The notes: a model not told the origin generated them from the letters alone. Shown: positions 23,644 through 31,069, numbered from the stretch's first letter. The stretch is 34,147 bases of DNA from Eubacteriales bacterium (GCA_045547015.1 JAZQDY010000212.1:1-34147); one strand, 5' to 3'. Numbers and translations are program-made.

Positions 23644-23712
23644 TTGAATTTCCGCGATCCTTTCTGCTCACCGTGCGGGTAATAAACAGTATAGCACAGA
23701 ACATGACAAAAA

Positions 23713-23756
23713 GCAACAGCAAAAACAAAATCCCGCCTGATGCGGGAGAGGGAGGT
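23713..23756 (-). repeat. copy 2 of the repeated terminator-promoter cassette
   Basis: The sequence is GCAACAGCAAAAACAAAA-TCCCGC-CTGAT-GCGGGA-GAGGGAGG. On the minus strand the hairpin is followed by TTTTGTTTTTG. It lies about 100 nt downstream of the 99-aa leftward ORF and directly upstream of the promoter of the 27-aa ORF. Confidence 0.7.
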
Positions 23757-23854
23757 TTGGTATATGAAGGCATGGGAGAGGGCGCACGCTTTTTGGTGTC
23801 GCCGACGTATGGAGTGGGATGCTTCGCGAAGCAAGTGGTACGTTGACCGTATGG

Positions 23855-24154
23855 TCAGAGTGCCGCGAGGATGGCTTGGGCTTTTTTGTAGGCTGAACGC
23901 GCCACGCACCGGATTTCGAGCGAGTCAAATTCGAGACCGAGCTGCAAGGCGTCAAGAATGACGCGGATTTCGTTTGCGGTGAACGTGGTGAACATCGTGT
24001 AAGTTTCGAGTTTTTGGCACACGGAATTGAATAATGGACCGTATTCACCGGCATCGAGGGCGAAAAACAAAACTGAAAGTTCAATGTTTTCGTTGATATT
24101 GGCGAGAAATTCATAGATAAGATTTATCTCGCGCGGCGTAAACGTATTGCTCAT
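23855..24154 (-). CDS. hypothetical 99-aa protein, leftward-transcribed moron-like gene
   Basis: MSNTFTPREINLIYEFLANINENIELSVLFFALDAGEYGPLFNSVCQKLETYTMFTTFTANEIRVILDALQLGLEFDSLEIRCVARSAYKKAQAILAAL has a balanced, helical-looking composition. The RBS is AAAGGA. Its own promoter reads TTGCAT, 17 nt, TGcTATAAT (rc of 24188-24216). Its terminator is repeat copy 2. Confidence 0.6.
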   Translation of the reverse strand: MSNTFTPREINLIYEFLANINENIELSVLFFALDAGEYGPLFNSVCQKLETYTMFTTFTANEIRVILDALQLGLEFDSLEIRCVARSAYKKAQAILAAL

Positions 24155-24212
24155 GAAGGTGAATTCCTTTCGGCTATAGATGGTTTAATTATAGCACGGA
24201 GAGGAACCAAAT

Positions 24213-24256
24213 GCAACAACAAAAAGAAACTCCCGCCTGATGCGGGAGAGGGAGGA
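24213..24256 (-). repeat. copy 3 of the repeated terminator-promoter cassette
   Basis: The sequence is GCAACAACAAAAAGAAA-CTCCCGC-CTGAT-GCGGGAG-AGGGAGG. The core is identical to copy 1. The TCCCGCCTGA cores start at 23227, 23731 and 24231. Confidence 0.7.
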
Positions 24257-24260
24257 AATC

Positions 24261-24569
24261 ATGGGAATAAGAGTAAGAGTGCCGCCGATTGTGAGCGTGG
24301 AAGTGGCTGTTCGGGTGTACTGGAGTTATCCGGAGCTTGGGAATCCGCAGCTGGCGGAGCTTTTCGGGAAAAGATCGCCAAATACATACTCCAGCCTAAA
24401 AAAAGCGGCCTGGGAAGTCATGCGGGAAGATGATATGTTTTCCACAAATGCAAGTCGAGTGAATACCGATGCCGCGTACCGTGCATGGGGACTTGACATT
24501 GACGATCTGACGAAAAGATACACTCGTTTGCAGAGGATCGGCGTGATTCCAAAGGAGAGGCGGACATGA
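24261..24569 (+). CDS. hypothetical early protein (102 aa)
   Basis: The ATG at 24261 lies 6 nt after the AGGGAGG of repeat copy 3. This is the first gene of a tightly overlapping rightward operon. Confidence 0.6.
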   Translation: MGIRVRVPPIVSVEVAVRVYWSYPELGNPQLAELFGKRSPNTYSSLKKAAWEVMREDDMFSTNASRVNTDAAYRAWGLDIDDLTKRYTRLQRIGVIPKERRT

Positions 24570-24913
24570 GCCGGCCGTGGATGAGTGACGGGGACATCGT
24601 AATGATGTACCGGCAGGCGAAGTCTCCGCCGCAAGAGATCAAGGTGCTTGCCGAGTTGAACGGCGTTACCCGGGACGTGATCGTGGAGATCCTTAAGCGG
24701 AACGGGGTGGATATGCTGACGAAAGGGCAGAGATCCGGAAAGAAAAAGGCTCCGCGGTGGACGGCGGAGCAGGATGCGATTCTCGTGGACATGCTGTCGG
24801 CGGGAGCAAGCTACACGGCGATCGCGGAAAGAATCGCCAGAAGCAGGTATGCAGTTAAAACGCGGGTGTATACACTCGGGATGAACCAGAAGAAATATGT
24901 TAAAGGAGATTAA
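24566..24913 (+). CDS. putative DNA-binding protein with two HTH/Myb-like segments
   Basis: The start overlaps the upstream stop (ATGA) and the RBS is AAGGAGAGG. The segments are EIKVLAELNGVTRDVIVEILKRNG and WTAEQDAILVDMLSAGASYTAIAERIARSRYAVKTRVYTLG. Confidence 0.55.
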   Translation: MSRPWMSDGDIVMMYRQAKSPPQEIKVLAELNGVTRDVIVEILKRNGVDMLTKGQRSGKKKAPRWTAEQDAILVDMLSAGASYTAIAERIARSRYAVKTRVYTLGMNQKKYVKGD

Positions 24914-24916
24914 ACC

Positions 24917-25189
24917 ATGAAGTACAATATTACGATCAAGGACAACGAAACCGGCGAGGTAGTGCAGGCTTTCGACACGAATGCCATTATCGGAGCGATA
25001 GGAGCCGGAAAGGGAAGGGCACGCGGAATCTTCTTAACGGAGTGCACGAAAACTGAGATAGCAGAGGCGGTGCTGGCTGCGACGAAAATCGTGGATACCG
25101 TGGTAGAAGAAGACAAAGAACTGGAACTGCTTGTTATGTTGAGTGGAATCAAGCAGATGAAAGCCGGAAAGGTCGGGGATTCGCTGTGA
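24917..25189 (+). CDS. hypothetical protein (90 aa)
   Basis: The RBS is AAAGGAG. The gene is packed in the operon. I recognise no family. Confidence 0.55.
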   Translation: MKYNITIKDNETGEVVQAFDTNAIIGAIGAGKGRARGIFLTECTKTEIAEAVLAATKIVDTVVEEDKELELLVMLSGIKQMKAGKVGDSL

Positions 25190-25632
25190 AGGTAAAGATA
25201 CGGCCGCACAATCTGCCAGCGGCACAGAGAGGTGAGCTGGAACGTGCGGCGCGGGAGTACATAGCTCAGGAGTTGGAGGCGTATTCCAAAAAACTGAAAT
25301 GGATACTCCTACGGCGAATGGTATATGCAGTATGCCTTGCTTTGTCTGACCAGTACGGATTTGGTTCCAAGCGATGCCAGCGGGTGGTAGACGGTGCCGT
25401 GGAAATCATCACCGGTGTCTCCGAGGACGTATACAGGAAGGGCGAAATCGATCCGGACGGCGTAGACAAGGCAGCCGATAATATGCTGGCGGAGCTTGCG
25501 GACAGAGGGATAGAGATCGTTATTGAGGGGGACGACCTCTACGACGATACCAGGAAAATCAACGAAAGAAAGGAAAAAGAAATCGCCTCCGGTGCTGGCA
25601 CACGCGGAAGCGACAAGGTAATAACCCAATGA
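25186..25632 (+). CDS. hypothetical protein (148 aa)
   Basis: The GTG start overlaps the upstream stop. Composition looks coding. Confidence 0.55.
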   Translation: MKVKIRPHNLPAAQRGELERAAREYIAQELEAYSKKLKWILLRRMVYAVCLALSDQYGFGSKRCQRVVDGAVEIITGVSEDVYRKGEIDPDGVDKAADNMLAELADRGIEIVIEGDDLYDDTRKINERKEKEIASGAGTRGSDKVITQ

Positions 25633-25934
25633 AATTATATCAGATTCGAAAGATTTTGTCAAGGGACGTCCTGGAAACGGCGGCGGGGTACATCCTGCCG
25701 GCGGTGCTGGTGGTGGATATCAAAGCCGGGCTGTGCTTCTTCGCCATGACGGGCGGTGCACAGTTGACGGGCGGGGGCATGGCACTTGCGGTGTTTTTCG
25801 CTTTGCAGATTGCCGTATGCCTCGCCGCTGTGGTCTCAGGTGTGGTTTGTGTATGGAAGCGGGCGCGGATGCCAAAACGGTATGGCGTCATTCAGCCGGA
25901 GACGATCCGGCAGCTGCTGGAGGGGCGGAGATGA
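25629..25934 (+). CDS. hypothetical small membrane protein (101 aa, about 2-3 TM)
   Basis: The start overlaps the upstream stop (ATGA). Hydrophobic stretches are ILPAVLVVDIKAGLCFFAM and ALAVFFALQIAVCLAAVVSGVVCVW. Confidence 0.55.
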   Translation: MKLYQIRKILSRDVLETAAGYILPAVLVVDIKAGLCFFAMTGGAQLTGGGMALAVFFALQIAVCLAAVVSGVVCVWKRARMPKRYGVIQPETIRQLLEGRR

Positions 25935-26122
25935 AGTACGTGGTGACTATGGGAAATCCGGATACCGGGATATGCACAGTTAGGCCGAACGCAGACGGAG
26001 ATCAGCGGGTATATATGGCGATACGGCACGGTGACGGCTGGAATCTGCATCAAAGAGCGGGCTGCGGCCGCGGTAAATATGGGGATGCGATATACATCCC
26101 GGACGAAGATCTGGAACGATAA
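25931..26122 (+). CDS. hypothetical protein (63 aa)
   Basis: The ATG at 25931 overlaps the upstream stop. The RBS is GGAGGGGCGGAG. The protein starts MKYVVTMGNPDTGICTV. Confidence 0.45.
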   Translation: MKYVVTMGNPDTGICTVRPNADGDQRVYMAIRHGDGWNLHQRAGCGRGKYGDAIYIPDEDLER

Positions 26123-26142
26123 AGGAAAGAGAGGGAGAGGGA

Positions 26143-26451
26143 ATGCAGAAAAAGCCGTATGAGGTCATCGGTGGAATCCCCGGCCAGGGAAAGTGCAAAA
26201 TCGTGTACCACCCGGAGGTGGATCTGTACGTATATTACCACGGATACTATTACCACAACGATGACAGCTGGAAACTGTATTCCTACCCCGGTACGCCGGA
26301 GAAATACACACGGCACGGCATGATCGTTCGCGCGGCGGACGTATCGTACAAGCCGGAGAAGCCGAAGGCCGTTGAGAAGAAGCCGGAAGCGCCGAAGCAG
26401 AAACCGTGGTGGACGCTGCCCGATCCGGAAGGGCAGATCAAACTGATATAA
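26143..26451 (+). CDS. hypothetical protein (102 aa, Tyr/Pro/Lys-rich)
   Basis: The RBS is GAGGGAGAGGGA. I recognise no family. Confidence 0.55.
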   Translation: MQKKPYEVIGGIPGQGKCKIVYHPEVDLYVYYHGYYYHNDDSWKLYSYPGTPEKYTRHGMIVRAADVSYKPEKPKAVEKKPEAPKQKPWWTLPDPEGQIKLI

Positions 26452-26465
26452 TGGAGACGTGAAAT

Positions 26466-26876
26466 ATGATAATCAAAAATGACAGTGAAATCGTACGTGC
26501 TGCCGTGCAGAAGATCACGGACGGCACGAAGGACGTAAAAGGCAGCAAGGAGAATCTTGTAAAAGAGGCAGTACGGGACACGCTCTGCAGCTTCTGTGAA
26601 CAGTCAGAAGAATTTGCCAGAGCTGTAACGGAAACGAGCAAATGCCTGGCTGAGTGTCTGACGGAGATCATGAAAGACGCAAAGAACGGCATTTCCGATT
26701 TTGAAGTGTACCGCCGGGCCGTTGCTTTCTTCATGGAGGACGCGGAGGTATACGCGGAGCTGCGTGTCATTCTCCCCGAAGAGGCGCACGAAACGGGCAA
26801 ATCGCCGGACGTCCGTGAAAGTGATCCGCGGCCGCGCCGTGCGGCGAAGATTCTTTCGCTGGAGGATCTTTGGTGA
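26466..26876 (+). CDS. PcfK-like protein (the family that includes anti-CRISPR AcrIIA9)
   Basis: The segment NGISDFEVYRRAVAFFMEDAEV matches the PcfK-like hallmark as I remember it (G..TDdEVY..AVHYYdEd). The size of about 136 aa fits. The gene sits directly upstream of a PcfJ-like gene, as in pCF10-type pairs. Confidence 0.55.
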   Translation: MIIKNDSEIVRAAVQKITDGTKDVKGSKENLVKEAVRDTLCSFCEQSEEFARAVTETSKCLAECLTEIMKDAKNGISDFEVYRRAVAFFMEDAEVYAELRVILPEEAHETGKSPDVRESDPRPRRAAKILSLEDLW

Positions 26877-28549
26877 TGCTGAACGAGAAAGAAGCGTTTG
26901 CTGATCTGCCGCCGCTTAGGGGAAGCACCGTGGAGGCGATGCTGGATTCATTTCCGGTGGTGCTGTGGTACAAGAGCCACAAGGACGGCAAAGAATACTG
27001 GTGCTCCCGGTGCGGGGCACATGAGCGGATCAAAAAGGTGCAGCGAACCGTCACGCCGGAAGAGAGAAAGCTGCTTTGGAGCCGGCACGGATATGAAACG
27101 GAATGCCCATCCTGCGGTCGGATGGCGAAGGTGGCGTGCATCGGCGTGGCACGCCGCCCGTATCGGTACGAGAAATCGCACTGGTTTCTCATAGTGCAGC
27201 CTGTGTCGGAGAGGGAAGTATATATGCGGGAAGTGCACGCCTGGTATGATCCGGGCATTGAGAGCGCCGACGGGCACTCGTGGGATATTTTCCCTGCCAT
27301 GCAGGTCAAATACAAGGATTGCGTGCGGTATCGCCTGACACCAGGTTCGGTGACGCAGTATGTAAACTATATATACGCCGGATGGGACGTGTCGAAAGAG
27401 CTTGTCAACCGTGTAAAAGCACCGTACCCGTGGGGGACAAACGTGTTCCGTCCCGGTACATCCACCGGCATGCTGGTGGAGGGCGATCTTGCAGACACGT
27501 TTCTGCGGTATAACTCCTACCAGAAGATCGAGGGACGGGGCGTGAGCGTACCGCTGTATCTGGCGAACTACGCACTGTATCCGACCATGGAAATGATGGT
27601 GAAATCCGGATTCGGTGATTTTGTGATCGATCTTGTGGAAAACCGAAAGAAAAACGTAGCCGTGGTGGATTGGAGAGAGACGGATCCGCGGAAAGCATTC
27701 CATCTGTCGAAAGAGAATCTTCGAAAACTGCGGGAATGCCGCGGACATCAGGTGCAGATGTTGCAGGAATATCACCGATTCCGGAAGCGGGGAGAACGGG
27801 ATCCGTGGCACTGTGCGGAGCTTACGTGGGAGTATCGGCCGTCGTACGGTGTGAAAAGAAAAGTGACGGATCATCTGAAAGAATCCGGCACGACGGAGAT
27901 CGAACTGTACAAATACCTTGAGAAGATTCACGAGCAAAATCCCGGATGCCACATGAATCCGGCACCTGCGGTGGACCGGACTTGGATGGACTACATAGAT
28001 GCCGCCGCAAAGGTCGGCTATGATCTTTCGCAGAAAGCGGTAGTCATGCCGAAGGATTTGTACGGGAAACACAATGAGGCGGTAGCTCTGCGGAACGAAC
28101 TGTTTCCGCAGCTTGGTAACGGCATCACGCCGAAAACGGTGGAACTGTTTGAAAAGCGTGCACCGAAACTGCAGCAGAAGTACGGAAAGGTCGGCGCGAA
28201 GTATTTCATCCGCATCCCGCAAACGCCGGTAGAGGTAATTGAGGAGGGACAGGCTCTCCACCACTGCGTGGGCGGATACAGTTATATATCCGGGCATGCA
28301 GCGGGGAAGAATCCGATCCTGTTCCTGCGACGTACCGATGATCCGGACACGCCGTTCTATACGATGGAGATCAACGTGCGAACGAATGAGATCATCCAGT
28401 GTGAGGGCGGCCCCAGCAAAGACGGGCACGGCCGTTGCGGCCATATACACCGGGCGGATCTTCCGCCGGAAGCCCAGGCATTTCTTGACGAATGGGAAGC
28501 TGAACGGGTGGAAAAGAAGAAAACGAAGAAGGAGACAAAAACGGCATGA
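26870..28549 (+). CDS. PcfJ-like protein with an N-terminal zinc ribbon
   Basis: The zinc ribbon is WCSRCGAH...CPSCGRM. The C-terminal PcfJ-like block is EEGQALHHCVGGYSYISGHAAGKNPILFLRR...FYTMEINVRTNEIIQCEG. Confidence 0.65.
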   Translation: MVMLNEKEAFADLPPLRGSTVEAMLDSFPVVLWYKSHKDGKEYWCSRCGAHERIKKVQRTVTPEERKLLWSRHGYETECPSCGRMAKVACIGVARRPYRYEKSHWFLIVQPVSEREVYMREVHAWYDPGIESADGHSWDIFPAMQVKYKDCVRYRLTPGSVTQYVNYIYAGWDVSKELVNRVKAPYPWGTNVFRPGTSTGMLVEGDLADTFLRYNSYQKIEGRGVSVPLYLANYALYPTMEMMVKSGFGDFVIDLVENRKKNVAVVDWRETDPRKAFHLSKENLRKLRECRGHQVQMLQEYHRFRKRGERDPWHCAELTWEYRPSYGVKRKVTDHLKESGTTEIELYKYLEKIHEQNPGCHMNPAPAVDRTWMDYIDAAAKVGYDLSQKAVVMPKDLYGKHNEAVALRNELFPQLGNGITPKTVELFEKRAPKLQQKYGKVGAKYFIRIPQTPVEVIEEGQALHHCVGGYSYISGHAAGKNPILFLRRTDDPDTPFYTMEINVRTNEIIQCEGGPSKDGHGRCGHIHRADLPPEAQAFLDEWEAERVEKKKTKKETKTA

Positions 28550-29568
28550 ACGAGATTATGGAGCACAGAAACGGCGACGTGATCGCCGCAGAAATAAACG
28601 GTATCAAACGGCAGGTGGAGAAGACGGTTCGCGGCATTATGCTTACCGGTGCCATGGAGATCGGATGCCTGCTTATAGAAGCGAAGGCAGTGGTGCCGCA
28701 CGGTGAGTGGGGTGCGTGGCTGGAAGCCAACGTGGACTACAGTCAAACCACGGCAAACGATCTGATGCGGCTGTATACGGAATATAAGGATGGGCAGGTA
28801 TCGCTGGAAAGCGGACCGACCAATGAAGAACTGTTCGGAGCCCTGGCTCCGTCCAAAGCCCTTGCCCTCCTTGCCTTGCCCAATGAGGAACGCCGTGAGT
28901 ACGTGCAGAGTCACGACGTGGAGGATATGTCCTATCGTGCACTGAAAGAAGATCTTGCACGCATGAAGGCGGAGAAGGAGGCGGCAGAAGCGGCCGCAAG
29001 GGCCGCCGATGCAGAGCGTGCTGCTGCCGAAATTCTCGCCAGTGAAGCGAACGACCGTGCAGACGAGCTTGTGGGGAAAGCGGAAGCGGCGAAGCAGGAA
29101 GCGGAGGCAAAGCTTGCCAATCTGGAAAAGCGGCGTGACGAGACAGTCAAAGTCGCCGTTGCCGCCGCACGGGAGAAACTGGAGAAGGATCTCAAAAAGA
29201 CCCGCGAAAATCTGGAGAAAGCATTGAAACGTGAATCCGAAAAGGAAAACGAGATTGCCCAGCTGAAGATGCAGATGGAGGAGACTGCTGCCGCAGAGGA
29301 AGAATCAGCCGAAGAGGATGCCGGGGAATCCGAGGAAGTGACGGCTCTCCGGGCGGAAGTGGAACGGCTGGAAAAGGCACTTCGTGCCGCCGATCCTGCT
29401 TTTCAGAAATTCGGCGCCCTGCTTGAACAGTGGCAGGGGATGTTCTATGATCTGGTGGGACTTTCCTACGCCGACGAGAATACAGAAAGCGGCGAGAAGA
29501 TGCGTGCCATCCTCGGCCGTGTGATCGAGGGCTTTGCCGGGGAGATCAAGGGAGGTGAGCATGGATGA
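28546..29568 (+). CDS. DUF3102-family protein with a long Ala/Glu-rich coiled coil
   Basis: The N-terminus EIGCLLIEAKAVVPHGEWGAWLEANVDYSQTTANDLMRLY matches the DUF3102 pattern (HGEW..WL). Confidence 0.7.
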   Translation: MNEIMEHRNGDVIAAEINGIKRQVEKTVRGIMLTGAMEIGCLLIEAKAVVPHGEWGAWLEANVDYSQTTANDLMRLYTEYKDGQVSLESGPTNEELFGALAPSKALALLALPNEERREYVQSHDVEDMSYRALKEDLARMKAEKEAAEAAARAADAERAAAEILASEANDRADELVGKAEAAKQEAEAKLANLEKRRDETVKVAVAAAREKLEKDLKKTRENLEKALKRESEKENEIAQLKMQMEETAAAEEESAEEDAGESEEVTALRAEVERLEKALRAADPAFQKFGALLEQWQGMFYDLVGLSYADENTESGEKMRAILGRVIEGFAGEIKGGEHG

Positions 29569-29894
29569 TACACGAATTGAAGATATTTCCCGAATTTTTC
29601 AACGCCGTTATTTCGGGGGAGAAGACCTTTGAAATCCGAAAAAATGACAGACCATTTCACAAGGGCGATTTGTTGGCTTTGAATGAGTATGACGGGCAAT
29701 ATTGGACGGGTAATAGTTGCCTTGTTTATGTTGATTATATCTTGAACAATCCCGATTATGTTAAAAAGGATATGATAATTATGGGAATAAAGCCGTGTAC
29801 TGTTTACCGGCATACAGATCCGTTCGATCTTTCGAAACTTGCAAAAGGTTATTCTGTTCCGTTAGCGACAAAATGTGATGAAGAAAGGCGGTGA
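29565..29894 (+). CDS. DUF3850 / ASCH-like domain protein
   Basis: MIHELKIFPEFFNAVISGEKTFEIRKNDRPFHKGDLLALNEY matches the DUF3850 N-terminal pattern. The gene is visibly AT-richer than its neighbours. Confidence 0.65.
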   Translation: MIHELKIFPEFFNAVISGEKTFEIRKNDRPFHKGDLLALNEYDGQYWTGNSCLVYVDYILNNPDYVKKDMIIMGIKPCTVYRHTDPFDLSKLAKGYSVPLATKCDEERR

Positions 29895-29900
29895 GTCTTG

Positions 29901-30203
29901 ATGGCTGAAAAGGAATATATCGAGCGGCGGAAACTCAAAGAACGGTTAGAGGATTTCTCGCAGTGGTGCAGAGACGGCAGAAAGCAGGGCGTTGATTTTG
30001 TGCTTGACGGTGTGCTTCCCGATATGCTTGCCGCCGATGTGGTGGAGGTAGTGCGGTGCAAGGATTGCAAGAATTACCGTTATGAAAAAGTCCTTAACTA
30101 CTACGAATGCGATATTTTTATGGGAGCGTATGAAATAACAGGCTATCCCACAAAGCCCGACGATTTTTGCAGTTACGGAGAAAGGAAGGCGGCTACACCA
30201 TGA
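29901..30203 (+). CDS. hypothetical phage protein (Cys-containing, about 100 aa)
   Basis: MAEKEYIERRKL...VVRCKDCKNY...FCSYGERK. The gene is packed in the operon. Confidence 0.55.
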   Translation: MAEKEYIERRKLKERLEDFSQWCRDGRKQGVDFVLDGVLPDMLAADVVEVVRCKDCKNYRYEKVLNYYECDIFMGAYEITGYPTKPDDFCSYGERKAATP

Positions 30204-30619
30204 CCGATAACGAGATCATAAGGGCGTTGGAAAGTGCCTTGAAAACAGGGGATGAACCCATCGGAAAACATTGGGGCTGTTTTCTCACCACGGAAACCGC
30301 AAAAAACGCCCTTGACCTTATCAACCGCCAAAAGGCAGAGATTGGGCGGCTGACCACGCTTGCGGAACTTGGAAGTGTGAGATCGAATGATTACAGAGCA
30401 ATGCGTGACAAGGCAAGGAACGCGAGAGCCGAGGCAATCAAAGAGTTTGCGGAAAGAGCTGGTGTGATGATAACCGAAGTCTATAACAAGCACATTTTCG
30501 GTGCAAACGACTTGGAAGCCGAAGAAAAAGATGCCATTATAAACTTTTCCGATGATATCACCAGTGGGCTTGATGGTCTTGTAAAAGAAATGACGGAGGA
30601 GCCTGATGGCAAACTTTAA
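30200..30619 (+). CDS. hypothetical phage protein (139 aa)
   Basis: The ATG at 30200 overlaps the upstream stop. The protein starts MTDNEIIRALESALK. Confidence 0.55.
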   Translation: MTDNEIIRALESALKTGDEPIGKHWGCFLTTETAKNALDLINRQKAEIGRLTTLAELGSVRSNDYRAMRDKARNARAEAIKEFAERAGVMITEVYNKHIFGANDLEAEEKDAIINFSDDITSGLDGLVKEMTEEPDGKL

Positions 30620-31025
30620 CTTTAACAAAGTGATTCTTGCCGGACGGCTGGCAGCCGATCCGGAGCTGAAGTCCACGCCGGGCGGCGTGCCGGTGACAAC
30701 CTTCTCCATCGCCGTGAACCGTACGTACAAACCGAAGGACGGCGAGCCGCAGGCGGATTTCATAACCGTAACTGCATGGAGATCTACAGCGGAGTTCATT
30801 ACACGGTATTTCCGAAAGGCCAGCTCTATCTGCATTGTGGGCGGTCTGCAGTCCCGTTCGTGGACGGATCAGAGTGGGGCAAAGCGGTACGCCACGAAGG
30901 TGGTCGCCGATGAAGCGCACTTCGTGGATTCCAAATCGGACGGTGCCGCCGGACAGGCTGCGGCCGCGCCGCCGGTGCAGCCGCATTTTGAAGAGATCGC
31001 TTCAGATGAAGAATTACCGTTTTAA
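30606..31025 (+). CDS. ssb: single-stranded DNA-binding protein
   Basis: The OB fold reads MANFNFNKVILAGRLAADPELKSTPGGVPVTTFSIAVNR...ADFITVTAWRSTAEF. The acidic tail is DEELPF. Confidence 0.92.
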   Translation: MANFNFNKVILAGRLAADPELKSTPGGVPVTTFSIAVNRTYKPKDGEPQADFITVTAWRSTAEFITRYFRKASSICIVGGLQSRSWTDQSGAKRYATKVVADEAHFVDSKSDGAAGQAAAAPPVQPHFEEIASDEELPF

Positions 31026-31031
31026 CGGAAT

Positions 31032-31048
31032 GGTGACAAATTGTCACC
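31032..31048. promoter_or_regulatory. perfect 17-bp palindrome upstream of the second XRE regulator
   Basis: GGTGACA-AAT-TGTCACC lies 22 nt upstream of the ATG at 31070. Confidence 0.35.
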
Positions 31049-31069
31049 GCTTTGAGAAAGGAACATAAT

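Noticed and set aside
23764-23961. A plus-strand ORF (MKAWERAHAFWCRRRMEW...) starting after the AGGGAGG of repeat copy 2.
   Set aside because: It is rich in Trp and Arg and fully antisense to the better-looking 99-aa leftward ORF. The SD here is probably a passive copy of the repeated cassette. Ribosome loading at this site cannot be excluded.
23215-24256. Whether the three spaced repeats form a CRISPR array.
   Set aside because: There are only three copies, about 500 bp apart. The intervals contain promoters and ORFs. The repeat is a hairpin plus T-run. No cas genes are present. This architecture is not CRISPR-like.
26948-28450. A 500-aa ORF on the minus strand opposite the PcfJ-like gene.
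   Set aside because: It is antisense to a gene that fits a tightly overlapping rightward operon. Its composition is Arg/His-rich.
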